Shown one piece after another: positions 13,145 to 27,254 of a stretch of 64,000 nt of DNA. The position numbers were made by a program, and so were the translations under genes. Every line of letters starts with the position of its first letter. Position 1 is the first letter of the stretch. The DNA is from Ginglymostoma cirratum (lineage: Eukaryota). A model generated the notes under the pieces. It had not been told where the DNA came from. It did no database searches and was given only the letters and a program-made list of their open reading frames with translations. The stretch is taken from the NCBI GenBank assembly GCA_024137785.1, contig JAHRHZ010000041.1, positions 25,055,009-25,119,008 of the forward strand. The letters are read 5' to 3'.

Positions 13145-14525
13145 GACTTACAGACATTAACAGTATAGAAGAAAGCCATTCAGCCCAGAACACACATGCT
13201 GGTTATCAAAGGTCTAACTACGTCAATTCTAATTTCCAGCATTTTGCCCCTAGCCCTGGATGCTATGGCAACACAATGAAATGTCTAAAAACTACTTAAA
13301 TGTTACAAGAATTTCAGACTCAACCACTCTTTCAGGCAATGAATTCCACACTCTCACCACTTACCATTCCGCTAACAATTTTTTTTCTGCTGCACAGACC
13401 TCTCAGGTGCAGAGCAGTGGTTTCCAGAATCAAAAATCAATGCATTGGCAAACCTACCAGTGTAGGCACAGAGTGCAAGGAACTTCTGAACGGCTGCACA
13501 GTCACATAACTTCAAATAAATGCCACCCACTGCTCTCCAGTGAAAACATTTCTCCTTACCTCTCCTCTTAGTCTTCTACCCCTTACTTTTCATCCATGAC
13601 CCCTGATTATGGACTCCTCTACTCATGGAAAACGTTCCTTCTTATCCACCCTATTATAATCTCATAATCTTATATACCTCTTTGAATTTCTGTCCCAACC
13701 TCTGCTGCTCCAAAGAAAGTAACACCAGCCTTTCTAATGTTTTCTCAAAGTTCAGATGCTGCAGCCCAAGCAGCATCTTGGTAAATGTGCTCTGCATCCT
13801 CTCCAGTGCAATCACATCCTTCCTAAAATGTGATGATAAGAACTGCACACAGTACTTCAGTTGTGGTCTATCCAGCATTTTGTACCATTCCAGCATTGTA
13901 TTCTATGTAATTCACTTCTGTTGCTGCACTTCTATTCTGTGCCTCAGCTAATAAAGACAGGTATCCCAAAGGCCTTCTTAATCACCATCTCTATCTGCCT
14001 GCTACCTTCAGAGATATGTGAATATGCACACCACGGTCCCTCTGATCTTCCAGGGTCTTACCCTTCACAGTGTAATGCTGAACTTGTAAGTCCTCCCCAA
14101 GTGAATTACCTCACTTTGCCGGGTTGGATTCCAAATCATTAAAGTTCATCACAAACAGCAAGAGCCCCAGCACCAAGCCCTACTGAACCCACTGGAAACA
14201 GACTTCCAGTCACAAAGTCACCCCTGTACCACCCTCCTGTGCTTCCTGTGCTCTCAACCAATATTGGACCCACCTTTGATTCCATGGGCTGTTATTCTTT
14301 TTGACTAGGCTACCTTACCAAAAGCATTGCTGAAGTCCGTATTGACCACGTAACATGCATTAGCCTCTTCAATACTCCTGGTTACCCCTTCAAAAAATAC
14401 AACTAAATCTGTTAAACTTGACATTCCTTCAGCAAGTCCATGCTGATTATCCCTGATTAATCCAGGTCTCTCCAAATGCAGATATATTCTGTTATTCAAA
14501 ATTCTTTCTAACCAGCTTCCAACCA
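13145..14525 (-). mobile_element. CR1 LINE, 5'-truncated and degenerate (RT to 3'UTR), interrupted at about 13380-13520
   Basis: ORF 13654-13896 (YKMLDRPQLKYCVQFLSSHFRKDVIALERMQ) and ORF 14305-14529 (LIRDNQHGLAEGMSSLTDL...DFSNAFGKV) are CR1 ORF2 RT motifs. Confidence 0.85.
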
Positions 14526-15265
14526 TCAACTCTAAATCAAATAGGTTTTAATGTCAGTACGGAAAAATCTTATTAGAATTCAAACGACTTATGAGTCGCT
14601 GGTCAGTAGAGATTCACATTGAGCAAACCAGTTAGAGCACATGGTTTGAATGTTTGCTGAACAGGCAGGATTTACATTATTTTTTAAAAATTTACCCATC
14701 TCTCATCCGGTAACTACTCACAAAATATTCTAACTACTGATTATGTTGAGTATTTGAGTTTCTGTAGTAGATCACTTGCTCACTCAGTCATGCTGCATTG
14801 GAAATATAATTGTTTTTGTTTTTGGTCTCCTTGAAATACTTTTCATGTGCCATCAATTGTGGTGAAATGTTGAGGCTTAAATTTCTGGTGCTTGTTGCTA
14901 ATGTTTTGTTACGACTCAAGATTCTGATGACATTTTTAATATTTTTGCACTTTTATTTGCTGAAAGAAGTCTGTGGGGTCCATTTTCTTGTAAGGTTTTG
15001 ATATGCAAAATGTTTCCTTAACCTCCATCTGCCCTTTGGATGTCTGATGAAACATTGATCTTCTCAAGAAACATTTGATCCTTTGACAGCTGCCTCTGCA
15101 GCTTTAGCCCTCTTATAAATCAAAAGAAGTAGCTGTAGTTCTTAATTATTGAACTTCTCCCATTTTCTGTGAATTTTACATTCACTGGGATGATACTAGT
15201 CATGGAAAATGGATTGTTATGCACCTGTGTGTCAAAAGCAAGTAATGCCATTGACTCAAAAAAAT

Positions 15266-15470
15266 GAAAGAACTGTGGGCTCTGGAAATCAGAATCAAAA
15301 ACAAAAATTGCTGGAAAAATTTTCAGGTCTGACAGCATCTGTGGAGAGAAATCAGAGTTAATGTTTCAGGTCCAGTAACCCTTAGATAGTGGACTCAAAA
15401 TGTTAACTCTGATTTCTCTCCACATATGCTGCCAGACCAGCTGAATTATCATAACAATTTCTGCTTTTGT
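15266..15470. mobile_element. PLE pLTR-derived fold-back (inverted pair), family B, old
   Basis: Minus-oriented arm 15266-15383 and plus-oriented arm 15391-15470 are mutually complementary (GCATCTGTGGAGAGAAATCAGAGTTAA / TTAACTCTGATTTCTCTCCACATATGC). Both CUGANGA boxes are lost. Confidence 0.75.
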
Positions 15471-16769
15471 AACCATATTGAACAATTTGAAGTGATACTT
15501 TCTATTCCATCCCAACATTGAGCTTCGACCAATATTCCCAGATTGTCTGATTCTCCATTGTGATATTTTTCCATTGATTAAACCAACCATCCTGTGTTTC
15601 CTAGTGAGATTTGAACTGTGCTCTATCAGCGCGTACTCTCCAAGAATTAGAACAGTACCTATGCAAACCTCAGGTAAGTGAGACTTTCACCTTGTCTGCC
15701 TGAGATAGATTAGTACTAAGATTCTGGAGGTGAAAAACACCAGAGGCTAACCCGGAATGGCCAATGCCCAGCCTGGATTTTAAGTAACTTGTGTGCACGA
15801 TAATTATGTTACCTAATATAAAACATGTTCCAGTATTAGGGAACACTCAGCAGTCCCACACTCCCAATGTAGAGCCTTGTATGAATAGGGCATGGGTAGT
15901 AGGTTCATGGTTACATTTTTGGAGTCCTGAGTGCTGAATGGTCTGATGCTGGCAGTGCGGTGGTGAATTGAACTTAAGTGGTGATTATGAACACTGTAAA
16001 ACAGGGTGAGACCAATATGCAGAATATAGGAAATCTAAAATATATTGCCATTTAATGAGGTAGTCAAAATTCATACTTGAACAAAAATGTACTCAAATTA
16101 ATTTAAAGGTCAGTCAATTCCATTTACTTTACCACATGATCATCAATGCTTGAGTGAAAGCAGTAATATTTTACATTACATCTAATAATATAGTTTAATT
16201 ATAGTTTTCATTTTCAGCTCATTGTGAATAAAGAAATTTGTATGTTCAGTGATTTGGTCTTATTCTGTTCCTGTGATAGTCATTCTACACTCAGATCATT
16301 TGGCAGTGAAGAAAAAGCAATGAGGAAATATGAAGTCATCTGTTGTACATCATGTTTGAGTGTAAGGCACTTGACAAGCAAATTCCAGATCTAAGTCTCA
16401 ATCTCAACTGCTTTTCACACTTACCTCTCCCAAGAATTAGTGCTGAAAAGATTTTTTATTGAAAGGGAAGGGAAGGAAACTGCATCATGGAAAACATACT
16501 CAGTGCTCTGAGCCTGAATCTTCCTGATCTACGTAAGAATAATATTACTTCCTAGATTATAACCCTACCATTTATTTTCAGATGACTGTAAATAGTTCCT
16601 GTGTTCCCAGTTCCTGTTCAAACTATTTCTTTTCCTAAACTTCCTAATATATTTTCTTTATTACTGCAGCTAAATCTAAAAAAAATGAAGATCCAGAAAG
16701 GAAGGAATGAATACTCTAAGGAGCTTTTCAAATAATAAAGGTACACCTCAGCCATTATTGATTGAATGC

Positions 16770-17090
16770 TGGGCTTATGGTGAAATGGCTATCAACCGCG
16801 CCTTTGAGTCAGGAAGTGTCAGGTTCAAATCCCACTCCAGGGCTTGATGGCTACGGAAGGTGTATTTATGTTGTGGCCAACCAGGGTGAGTATCAGCTTG
16901 AAAATCCTTTCAACAAGCACCAATGGCAAACAATTAGACGGGAAGAGTTTCCCTGTCAGTAATGTGAAAATTTGGAGCTTCAACAGTCCCTGTCTTTGGT
17001 CCGAGACAAAACAGATGAAGTGCATGTTCCCAGCAACTTGGATACCTTTGCAGTTGGCTACATGGCTGGGCTGGTGACCTGCCTCTGTGC
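16770..17090 (+). mobile_element. tRNA-derived SINE (long form, head related to the ~110 bp SINEs)
   Basis: A-box-like TGGTGAAATGG and B-box GGTTCAAATCCC at about 16822-16833. Confidence 0.6.
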
Positions 17091-17384
17091 CCAACCTGTG
17101 CTGGAGGCTGCAGTGTCACAGCTCATATGCGTTAATATTATACTTTAAAGCTGAGCATGCATTCAGATAATTGTGTCAGAGGAGTTAACACTCGAAAACA
17201 AGTGGCAATCTCTCACTGCAGAAGTCACAGAGAAGCTGAAGTTAAGATATTGACACCACTTTTACTATAAAAGGTGGCTGATAAATGGCAAAGTAAATCT
17301 CAGTTTGCAGCCCCAAAAGTTGCTGATGCTTGGTTGACTCCATCAAGTCTGAGCCCATGTGGCAGTCTTTTGAAAATGGAAGAC

Positions 17385-17735
17385 TGAAGGTGTTCTATAG
17401 ATGTATTTAAATTTGTAAAATGTTGGAGTGGATGCGTAGAAAATGTTTCCTGTTGTGAGGAACAGTATAACTAGAAGCCATCAATACGACAGAGTCACAA
17501 AAATATGCAATAGGCGATTCAAAAGAAACTTCTTTACTCAAATTGAACTCCCAATCACAGAAAGCAGTTGAAACAAATAGTATGGATGCATCTAAGAGGA
17601 AGTTAGGTAAGCATCTGTAAAAGATAAGTGATTACGTTAATAATTTAGATCAGGAAAGGCAAGATGATGCTCAAGTGAAGTATAAATACTGGCGACTACA
17701 TGTTGGGCCAAATGATTTGTTAATGTGTCACATCC
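17385..17735 (+). mobile_element. Degenerate CR1 LINE 3' end
   Basis: ATAGATGTATTTAAA...AAAATGTTTCCT...AGAAACTTCTTTACTCA...GGGCCAAATG motifs. Confidence 0.65.
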
Positions 17736-20527
17736 CGATGTAAGCCCAAGTAATTTGTGCAATGTTATATAAGCATTGATTAATATAATATACTCAGGAT
17801 CCAATGTGGCATTGCAATTCACATTGTGTTTAACCTCTGTCAAGCTGCACAAATCTGAGCCCTAGGATTGGCACTGTCATATGCCAATATATGCAAACAA
17901 TCTATATGCTAACTCAGAGTAAAACTACAGTGGGAACCTGTCTTCTCAGGCATGGTGACTCTTTGCCTTTCAGAGCAACTTGAATAGTAGAACACGTTGC
18001 GTATGAAGAAAGCAAAGTTACTTGATGTCCCTCTTTCACTCTGGTGGGTTACATGTAAAAATGTTACAAAAGAAGAGGGGATGTTTGGGATTAAATTGGC
18101 TGATGCAGTATCTGTGTTCAGGCTCCACACACCTCCCATGACCCAAAGTGGCAGGCATGAAGCAAACCTTCAAAAGCGGGACAAACAAGAGAAGTCTTTT
18201 ACTCAGCATAAATCAAGTAAAGTACCAGCATTGATTTATAATAAACTTTATGCATTATTGATTCTTTTTTTAAAAGGTGCCCAACAACATCACTGCAATT
18301 CTCTCTAGACACCACCAGACCCAGACCTCACCTTCCCCCATTGCCTTCCCTCTTCCTATTTTTGATAACTGCAGCCACTCAGTGTCCTGAGGGTCTGATC
18401 TCCTTCCAAGACTGCAATCTTTACATTCCACAATTTATTTACCTGATGCTGCATCCTGCTACAAAGCACTTTTAATGTGATGAGATCTGAGGTCCAATGT
18501 TTGGGCTCCTTGAATCTCCCAATTTGTGGTTTGGGGGAATATGTCTGCATTTTAGGGGGATGGACTATATGTCCTAAACTAGATGCTCCCTAATTTAACT
18601 TCTACATATTCTGTATGATATACACCTCCTAAATATACAATATTGTTTTCAGGTAATAAAGTTCTTATATTATAAACAAGTTTCTCATTAAGTAGGTCTA
18701 TTCTTGTCACACTGTATATTGTAACACACATGTATTTATTACATTCTTATTCTATTTTAATGAAATTTGTCTTTGGTACACAGACATAAATCTTCATCAT
18801 TGAAGAAGAAACCTCATCAAGCTTTGTTATGGTGTTTACTGTTGCCTTCCTTCCAAGACTATTTCCTGCTAGGGGCTGCAGTATTCATGATATGCAGGAT
18901 GTAGGCTGAGGGTGCACAATGTATTCATAAAAGAAATAGTGGCATTTCCAAGTCAGTGATGTGTACAGTTTACTTGGGATTAATTAGAGCACTATCCTTA
19001 GATGGAACAATTTAATTTGATCCAAACTTATTTTAATCTCAAAATTAAGCTTTTACGCATTTATACTACTTCATAAAAGCATGAATGATATTTTAGTTAT
19101 AATTAACTGGTTTGGCTAGGGGCTCAGCCTGGGCTTATTACACACCAGAAATAACTTTCCATTTTTATGTAATCATGTGTTGGATCATGAGTGTATCTTT
19201 TGGCCTTCACTGAAATATTACATACTAATTGTGATTGTATATTAAGAACTGTCAGAGAACTGTAAGGGTAAAAATGCTTCTGTGAGACCAAAACACAGGT
19301 GAAATTAAGAAAGCAGAAACTACTTTGTCAGAACTTTGTCTCTTTTTACTGAGGCCAAAGATTTTTCTGTTTCTTCGGCTGCGAGGAGGGATCCAAGACC
19401 TGTGCTTACAGTCCAGTCATCCAACAGAAATTAGACAAAAAGGGGTGTTTCCTTTCACCCAGCTCACTTCTCCAATCCATTTGTGCACCCTTAAGAGAAC
19501 AGTCAAAGAATATTGACATTAGGCAGGCAGCTGACCACTACCTGCTTAAGAGCAATTAAGGATGTGCATTAAGTGATGATGTATAATGGTCACATTGCAA
19601 CAATTAATTCAAAAAGATATAGTTTGTGCCTGGCTCCTGATGTGTACAAAATTTTGTACTGGTCCCAGCAACGACCAGAGTCAGAAATTTCAAGGATGCG
19701 AGAGATTTTCCATCCCCCATTTGTGATCTCACAATATGTAGAAGCCTCGGAGAATCTGCTGCTATGCTCCAGCAATTGTTAGGAGATTTAATTCTGGTGG
19801 CCAGAGACTTGTTCAGATCAATTGCTATACTGTTGTCTTCTGCCTGGTTTCACAGCACAGACAGTATTTTGGAGATGGACCTGCACCAGGGGTGCTCAAG
19901 GAGCTATATGGCTCAAGACAGGAAATTTGATACATTGTTCAGGTGTCACACCCTTTCCACTCCTGTGTGGTGTAGACATGGTACAAATAATAAAATAGTA
20001 CATACCACAAGACATGGGGTATACGTCAACCTGATATGCGGGACAAACTCATTTGCCTCTCCCTAAAGATTTTGGTTCTCGCATGTACTTGTCATATATG
20101 TTGACCGTCCTTTTTAGCCATGATATGGTATACGTGCTTTAGTAGTCAGCTTCAATTTTTCACATCACAAATAAATGATTTACTTATCAAAACCTCAGAG
20201 CTAGGTTCAGAGATCAAGCAGGTGGTGCAACTATGATGTGAAGATGCAGGAAAGTTCAAGACTGATGTGTTATTTGCATCAGATGTCGTTGACATTTCAA
20301 AATAACAACCTTAGACACTTATAATAGTGGTTCACATTTATACATAGCAGATTGGCTGACGTCCATTTTTCGAGGGAATTTTCTAACCTTCAAAGATCAA
20401 CTTATACACTGACATCCACGGTAAGGACTTCAATAGTCTACATAAGGTGTTGTCCTCCTGTATATGACTGCCCTCGTGGTCAATTAACTACTTCTACATA
20501 ATTCTTTATAGAAAGGGATAATTTTTT

Positions 20528-21420
20528 TTTCATTCATGGAATGTGGCATTTAATAACCATCCCTAGTTACCCTTCAGAGGGTGCTAGCAAGCTACCTTCA
20601 TGAACCATTGTACTCCATTTGCTGCAGATTGACCCACAAATACTAGACAGAGTTCCAGGATTTTGACTCAGAGAACTGGAGGAAAGACAACAAATTTCCA
20701 AGTCAGTATGGTGAGTGGCTTGTAGTCAAAATTGCAGGTGGTGGTATTCCCATGTAAAAGCTGCTCTTATCATTCTCGATGGAAGTGGTCATGGGTTTGG
20801 AAGGTGCTGTCTATGGATCTTGGCGAATTTCTGCAGTGTATCTTGTAGAACGTGCACACACTGCTGTTACTGAACATCAGTAGTGGAGGGATTGGATATT
20901 TGTTGATATGGTGCCAATCAAGCAGGCTGCTTTGACCTGGATGGTATCAAGCTTCTTGAGTGTTGTTGGAGCTGCACTCATCCAAGCAAGTAGGGAGTAT
21001 TCCATCACATTCCTGACAGATTTTGGGAGTCAAGAGGTGAGTTACTCACTGCAAGTTTCTTAGCCTCTGACCTGCTCTGTAGTCACTGTATTTATATGGC
21101 AAGTCAACGTAAACCTGATGTGTTGATAATGGGGATTCAGTGAATGTCAAGGGGCTATGGTTTGACGCTGTCTTGTTGGAGATGGTCATTGTCTGCCATT
21201 TTTGGAGTGTGAATGTTACGTGCCACTTGTTAACTTAAGCCTGGATATTGTCCAGATCTTTGTTGCATTTGGACATTGCCTACTTCAGTATAGAATGAGT
21301 CACAGATGGTGGTGAACATTTTGCAATCATCAGCAAAATTCCCCACTTTAGATAGAGGGAAGGTCATTGTTGAAGCAACTGAAGATGGTTAAGCCTAGGA
21401 CACTACCCTGAGGAATTCTT
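20528..21420 (-). mobile_element. CR1/L2-group LINE (second family), ORF2 3' part plus tail
   Basis: ORF 21348-21539 ends IPQGSVLGLTIFSCFNNDLPSI (RT motif PQGSVLGP...NDL). Downstream reads MEYSLLAWMSAAPTTLKKLDTIQVKAACLIG. The tail matches 52345-52680. Confidence 0.85.
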
Positions 21421-21504
21421 TCAGAGATTCCTAGCATCAACACTATATTTAAAAAAGCCATTACACACCCAACCAAATGCAGGCAGTTAAGTGCAGCCTT
21501 GCTT

Positions 21505-22365
21505 GGTTCATTGCAGATTAGGGGAAATTGGTGCACCACTTTTTAGAATCCCTACAGTGTGGAAACAGGCCCTTTGGCCCAACAAGTCCACACCTACCCT
21601 TGGAGCATCCCACTCAGACCCATCCCCCTATAACCCACTCACCCCTGAGCACTATGGGCAATTTAGCATGGCCAATCCACCTAGCCTGCACATCTTTGGA
21701 CTGTGGGAGGAAACCGGCGCACCTGGAGGAAACCCATGCAGACACGGGGAGAATGTGCAAACTCCGCACAGACAGTCACCTGGGGCTGGAATCAAACCCG
21801 GGTCCCTGGTGCTGTGAGGCTGCAGTGCTAACCACTGAGCCACCGTGCCGCCCTATTACGGTCAGGAACCTGATGATCAGGGTGGTGCAGAGAAGGGACA
21901 TCCTCTTCCCCCAGGATTGGCAAAGGAAGCCATAATGCCAGAAACTGCCAGTCTGGGTTGAGGTCCAGAAAAATGCCCAGTATTGCCAGGGGGATGTCAG
22001 TGGCCTCCTGCATACCACCATGGTAAGCGCTAGTATCTTTTCACTGCTACCTCAACATCATTCTATCTTTGCTACTGCATCTACCTTCAACCAAGACCCG
22101 TACTCTACCACTGCCAGTATTGCATGCAATGTCTTTCCTCACTCGCTTTTCCCCACACCGAACCCCCACACTACTAACCCTGCATTTCTTCTGCACCTCC
22201 TACTCAGTCATGTGATACACCATGCCACCTTTTTCCCACATTCACCAGCATAAACAGCTGTACCACACACTTTCCTCTTACCCAATCCCTCCTTTTCTCT
22301 TATTCCAGGAACAAACGGCCTGCAATGGGGCTAAACAAGTCAAGACGGATGGTAGGGTGTCCCTT
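21505..22365 (+). pseudogene. Decayed two-exon Myb/SANT-like gene of a Harbinger-derived element, split by the HE1 SINE
   Basis: ...RNLMIRVVQRRDILFPQDWQRKP...WVEV...CQGDVSGLLHTTM, donor GTAAGC at 22023, polypyrimidine-AG acceptor at 22307-22308, then EQTACNGAKQVKTDGRVS (resembles the EK.AHNR.ER.KTGGG.P motif). Confidence 0.6.
21541..21853 (-). mobile_element. HE1-type V-SINE, near full length
   Basis: Reverse complement: GGGCGGCACGGTGGCTCAGTGGTTAGCACTGCAGCCTCACAGC (tRNA head), V-domain GGAGTTTGCACATTCTCCCCGTGTCTGCATGGGTTTCCTCC...GGTTTCCTCCCACAGTCCAAAGATGTGC, and CR1-like tail GGGCCAAAGGGCCTGTTTCCACACTGTAGGGATTCT. Confidence 0.92.
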
Positions 22366-23300
22366 TTACTCGACTAAGTACAACCCTTCTTCAACTTTGA
22401 GACATGGCCATTTGATTGATGTGCATACTATGTATTTGTTGGTAGGCTGCTGGCACATGCTGCAAGTGTGCTTTTGAGATAGGACAGTGCCGTTTAACAA
22501 GCGGTCCAGTATTGACTGATTACAGCTGGCAACCATGACAAACTGCCTGGCTTTATGTCTGCTCTGACCAGCAAGCCAAGACTGAAGTGCTGTGAGCCTT
22601 TAAGGCCTTTTAGATGAGGAAAAACACAGAAAAGCAAGACAAGATTTGGCAAGGCAGGGATGCAGTGAACATCAAAATAAGTAATAAGTGGATGAGTACT
22701 GCAACAGCAATCAGATGAGCCAAGTTGCAATAGTGAGCTGGGTGCCTCCTCCTGTTCTCAAAGTGCGTTGCAGCAGCACTCTGATGAAAGGTACCAGCGT
22801 ACTCCAAAGTGCAAAGTAAAAGTAGAGAACTGTATTGTAAATTGATCAGAGATGTGTCACAATGATCCAGAGAGGCTGGCATGTGTTAGATGTCAATGTC
22901 CAAAGGACATGGGATGTGTGCAGCGCTGCATGTCAAGTGTGTCCTGAGTTATTGGCACTCGGTGCCTAAGGTGGACATTCAGAGGAGCAAGCAGTGAGCC
23001 GGTCTCAGCGGGTACTCAGAATTTCATGCTGTGAATTGTCAGTATCTAGTTTCTGTCCAGCAGGTGGTGAATTTGGAGACTGCCTATTGAGGAGGTGAGA
23101 TCAAGTACTAATGAAGGTGATAATGAGTGATAATCCATATGAATAGGCCACTGACTGCTCACAAGTGAGAATCTCTTCTCGACATCCAGGGCTTGGTTGG
23201 AAAATGCAAAGTTTTAGTATCAGCATTGAGAAGGGACTTGCTGGATATCTCACCCAATTATCTTTCCCCAAATATTCCAGGCATCAGGAACAAGGCACAG
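22366..23300 (+). repeat. 3' part of the Harbinger-derived non-autonomous repeat family
   Basis: Shares GCAAGGCAGGGATGC (22649-22663) with 32844-32858 and 48178-48192, and the downstream TACTCCAAAGTGCA with the 48 kb copy. Confidence 0.55.
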
Positions 23301-23960
23301 AAATACTTTCTCAATTTGCTGAGATATTCTTGGTAATGCCATCTTCAGGCTCAATGCAAAAATTATCATTGAATTAAGGTCTGCTATATTGCCTCTCCAT
23401 TAGCAAAAGAGCCAGAGAGAATTACTGAAAAATAAAGGGTTGACAGGGAGTTATAAAATGGTAATTCAATTGAGCTGTTCAGAGGACTTTATAAATTGAG
23501 GTTTATGATCAACAGTGGAACTGTGAAGGATTAAATTACTGTTTTGAATATTTGTTCATTCTATATGGGCCTTTTCTTTCTTTCATAAAACTTTAAGTAA
23601 GTTGCAAATGGATGTGAGTTCACAATACAGAAATACCCTGATTGGGTACTAATTGAAACAAAAGTGTTAATTGCTGAAACAGGCCAGGACAATGACTCAT
23701 GTTGGGAAATAAAAGCATTCACATGAAGCAGAGATATCCATTCTTCATAGAAAACATGGAAAATTGGACATCACTTAAAAAGATAACATTTAACTTTGGC
23801 AACATTGACAGTCCATTATGCATGGTACCTGATATTCTTTTCCATTGAAATCATTGATATGGATATTAGGCAGCTTGGCTAACAAGTGGTTGATCCAGTT
23901 TTATGCCCCAACACAATAATATTTTACTCCAAGTTAATATGTATGTATTTCACACATATT

Positions 23961-24139
23961 AAAACCGAAAGAACTGAAGATGCAATAAATCAGAAACAAA
24001 AACAGAAATTGCTGGAAAAACTCAGCATCTGTGAAAAGAAATCAGAATTAATGTTTTAGGTCTGGTGACCCTTCCTCAGAGCGTTAACTCTTCACAGATG
24101 CTGCCAGACTTGCTGAGCTTTTCAAGCAATTTCCGTTTT
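23961..24139. mobile_element. PLE pLTR-derived fold-back, family B, with TSD
   Basis: Minus arm 23961-24080 ends at CTTCCTCAGA and plus arm 24082-24139 starts at CGTTAACTC. Flanks TATTTCACACATATT (23946-23960) and TATTTCATATATATT (24140-24154) match 13/15. Confidence 0.8.
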
Positions 24140-25464
24140 TATTTCATATATATTTCAAGGTGTCCATAATTTTGTGACTGTGCTTTAGAATTAATTCACA
24201 AATGAGCTACTGATCAGCTATCATAATCTTAGCCATTTCTAGTCCAGACTCATCAAATTCCAACATGAAAAACCAACAGAAAAGAAACATAACAGCAAAA
24301 GAAAAATTAGTTTCTGGTTTCAAAGGTGTCTATTCCAGCTATGTAAAAATTAATGGTTACATGGACTGTAAATTTGACATATGCCTCTCAGGACTCCATG
24401 CTATGCACCATGTCAAAAAAGGTTGGGTATCCCTTTTCTACATAAGAAGGATTTTTTTTTTTCACTTTGCAGATAAGTCATCCTTTTGGTCTTGAGTGCA
24501 ATTGTTAATTATCTTGCCTTAGCTAACTGTTTTCAGTGAGGTGGCCTGTCAGTGAAACACAACCAGGCAATGCTGCAGATTTAGTTTAAGCAATGAAACG
24601 GAAGTTGATTATGCAAAAGAAATGAAAAAGAAAATAGAATAAACAAAACCATTTACAAAAAACAGAAGTTTAAAAATTCTGAAACACATGGTAAAATACA
24701 ATCCCATTAATTCCAACAGCACTCCTTTACAGTGCTCTCAACTGAGAAAAATGCCTTCTCAATCACATCTATAACATTTAATTTAACAGTGCTTCAATTC
24801 CCAGTCTTCAGAATCTGATAGCCTCTTGCTTGAGTCTCCATTCAGCTGAAGTCAGACTTTCTCCACTAGAGAACTGGATTTCTCATGTTCAAATAATCCC
24901 TTCAGGGATTTAACCATCCTCTTCTGGCCTAGAATTTACAAAATAAACAATTACCACTAAGGTAGCATATTTATTAATAATTCTAAACTATGTCCCCTGT
25001 TCAGGAGCAATTGACTTAAACATCATTCTCACGTGAAGACTTCTGCAAACCTGAAATCTAAAAGGCTTTCTTCAGCAATGGCTGTTTTCCCTAAGCCAAA
25101 AAAAAAATTCCAGAACCTCTAACTGAGGCCAAACGTAATGTACTGTTTATGTAGTTCATTTGTAAAACTCATCCAATGGAAGCAAAACCATATTACTCTC
25201 CTGGAGGCATTTCTCTCATCCTGTATTTTTAGAGGAAATTTCAATGGCTACAGGATATTTAGAATTTAATCATGAAACCCCTTTATAAACTCAGATCAAG
25301 CCCACATGCCACTAGTTCAAAATTCAAACCCAATATTAAATTATATTTTTTTACTTTACGTCACAATGGGATAGTAGCTGTATAATGGGCAAAGAAGGAA
25401 GCAGTTTCTGAAAGTGGTCAGGGGAGCTCTCTGGATCCACATGTTTCTGCCCCACCAAGAAAGA

Positions 25465-25592
25465 AGGCAGGAGGACTGCAGCGATTCAAGATGGCAGCTC
25501 ACCACCTCCTTCTCAAGGACAACCAGGGATGGGCAAAAATGGTGGCCAGCCAGCGACGCCCACATCCCACAAATGAATGGAAGAAAAAAAAA
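25465..25592 (+). mobile_element. CR1/L2-group LINE 3' tail
   Basis: GGACTGCAGCGATTCAAGATGGCAGCTCACCACCTCCTTCTCAAGG...CCCACATCCCACAAATGAAT plus A-run, closely matching 52570-52680. Confidence 0.8.
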
Positions 25593-26677
25593 GTCCCTGA
25601 GCTGAGTAAAGTGATGGTAGGGGAACATCTAAGAGACAGTAATCATGGTGTGGATGATCATGGTTTAGGTTAGCTGGTGAAAGGGGCAGGTAACTGTCTA
25701 GAATGAAATTGGAGGTGAGTCCATTTCAGTGGGGTGAAAACACTCTTTCTCAGTTATACTGGAATCAAGGATTATTAGCCAAAACTGGAACAGATCTTTA
25801 TGCAGCCTTTAAAGAGGAGCTGGTTCAGGTATAGTTGAAATGCATTCCCACAAGGGGGCATGTTACAGTAATCAAAGCCAGAGCTCCCTGGTTGGTGAAA
25901 TAGATTGAGCATAGAATGAACCAGGAAAAAAAGAGATAATATGGCTGTTATCAGATTGATGATCCATGAGAACTAATTTGAAAATAAAAGGTTCAAAGAG
26001 GAAGCGAAAAACGAAATGAAATAGTTTGAAAAGAGCCTGGCAGCTAATATTAAAGAGAATCTAATATTCTCCAAAGGCATATCAATAATACTAGGGTGAT
26101 AAAAGGTGAGGTGGAACTAATTTGGAACCAAAAAGAAATCTACATGTGGAGACAGAGGAGCATTGCTGACGTGCTTTGCATCTTTTCTTGTCAAGGAAGA
26201 AGATTCTGCCAAAGTCATAGAAGAAGAGCAATTATTTGAGATGTTTTTATTTGAAATATTTGGCTAAAATGGTATTTCTTAAAGAGTATTTGTAAAGCTA
26301 TCTCTGCTTAATATTGATCAGAGATCAGAATCCAAGATATTTTGGAGGAGGCTAAGCAAAATGACCAGCGAAATTACAATAGCATTGGTCCTAACCTGTT
26401 GTTTCTCTTTAGATATGGGATGGTGGCCAGAGGATTGTCACAATTATTATACATTTATTGAAAAAGAGTGTCAGGATAAATGATAGGTCAGTTGGTTTAA
26501 CCTTGATGGTGGAAAAACGTTTAGAAGTGATAATCCAATATATATTTAGTTATCACTTGGGCAACTGCGGATTAATGAAGGAAAACCAGAAGGCAAATTG
26601 TATTTAACTCATTTAATTAAGTATGTGAGGTAACCAACAGGATTAATGGGCACAATTCAGTTTATGTGGTGTGGTTA

Positions 26678-26779
26678 CTTTAATCAGATATGTTATGTCA
26701 CATATCTGACATAGATGGGACCTGAACCTGGACCCTCTGGCCTGGAGTAGGGACTCTACCACTGCATCACAAGACCCCT
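26678..26779 (-). mobile_element. Short tRNA-derived SINE nested in CR1
   Basis: Reverse complement GGGTCTTGTGATGCAGTGGTAGAGTCCCTAC...GGTTCAGGTCCC (A/B boxes), with a perfect 10-bp hairpin at 26684-26709. Confidence 0.7.
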
Positions 26780-27254
26780 TATTTTCTGTGCTGTATATGA
26801 TCTTCCCAAAGAAATAAAGTGTCTCATAATAGACTTCCCAACAAAACTGAAGGGCATGGAACAAGAGGGAAATTGGCTGCGTGGAGACAAAATTAGCTGA
26901 ATGGCAGGAAACAGTGAGTAATGCTGAACAGTTACTTTACAGTTTGGAAGAAATAATGGGGTTCCATGGAATTATTACTTTCTTGACATATATTAATGAC
27001 TTAGACTTGGGTGTACAGGGCATAATTCCAAAATTTACGGACAGCACACAACCTGAAGGAACTGTGAACTATGAGAAGAATATTGATAGACTTCTGTAAG
27101 GCAATCTGGGGAAATAGGCAGACATGTGACAGGTGAAAGTCAGTACAGAAAAGTCTGAAGTGATACATTTGGCAGGAAGACTGAGGATATGCAATGTAAA
27201 ATAGTGCACAATGCTACAGGAGATACAGATAGAAGGCTGGGAATTCTGTGGGTG

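Noticed and set aside
12850-15680. Strong splice-donor motifs CAGGTGAGT (about 12853) and CAGGTAAGT (about 15671)
   Set aside because: No convincing open upstream exon, and such 9-mers are expected by chance in 64 kb. A lncRNA cannot be excluded without RNA-seq.
16770-16840. tRNA gene
   Set aside because: It has A/B boxes but no intact cloverleaf and continues into SINE body sequence. The same applies to the other tRNA-like heads.
21491-21935. Overlapping 60-135 aa ORFs
   Set aside because: Translations of the GC-rich HE1 SINE. Only the last ~25 codons belong to the Myb remnant.
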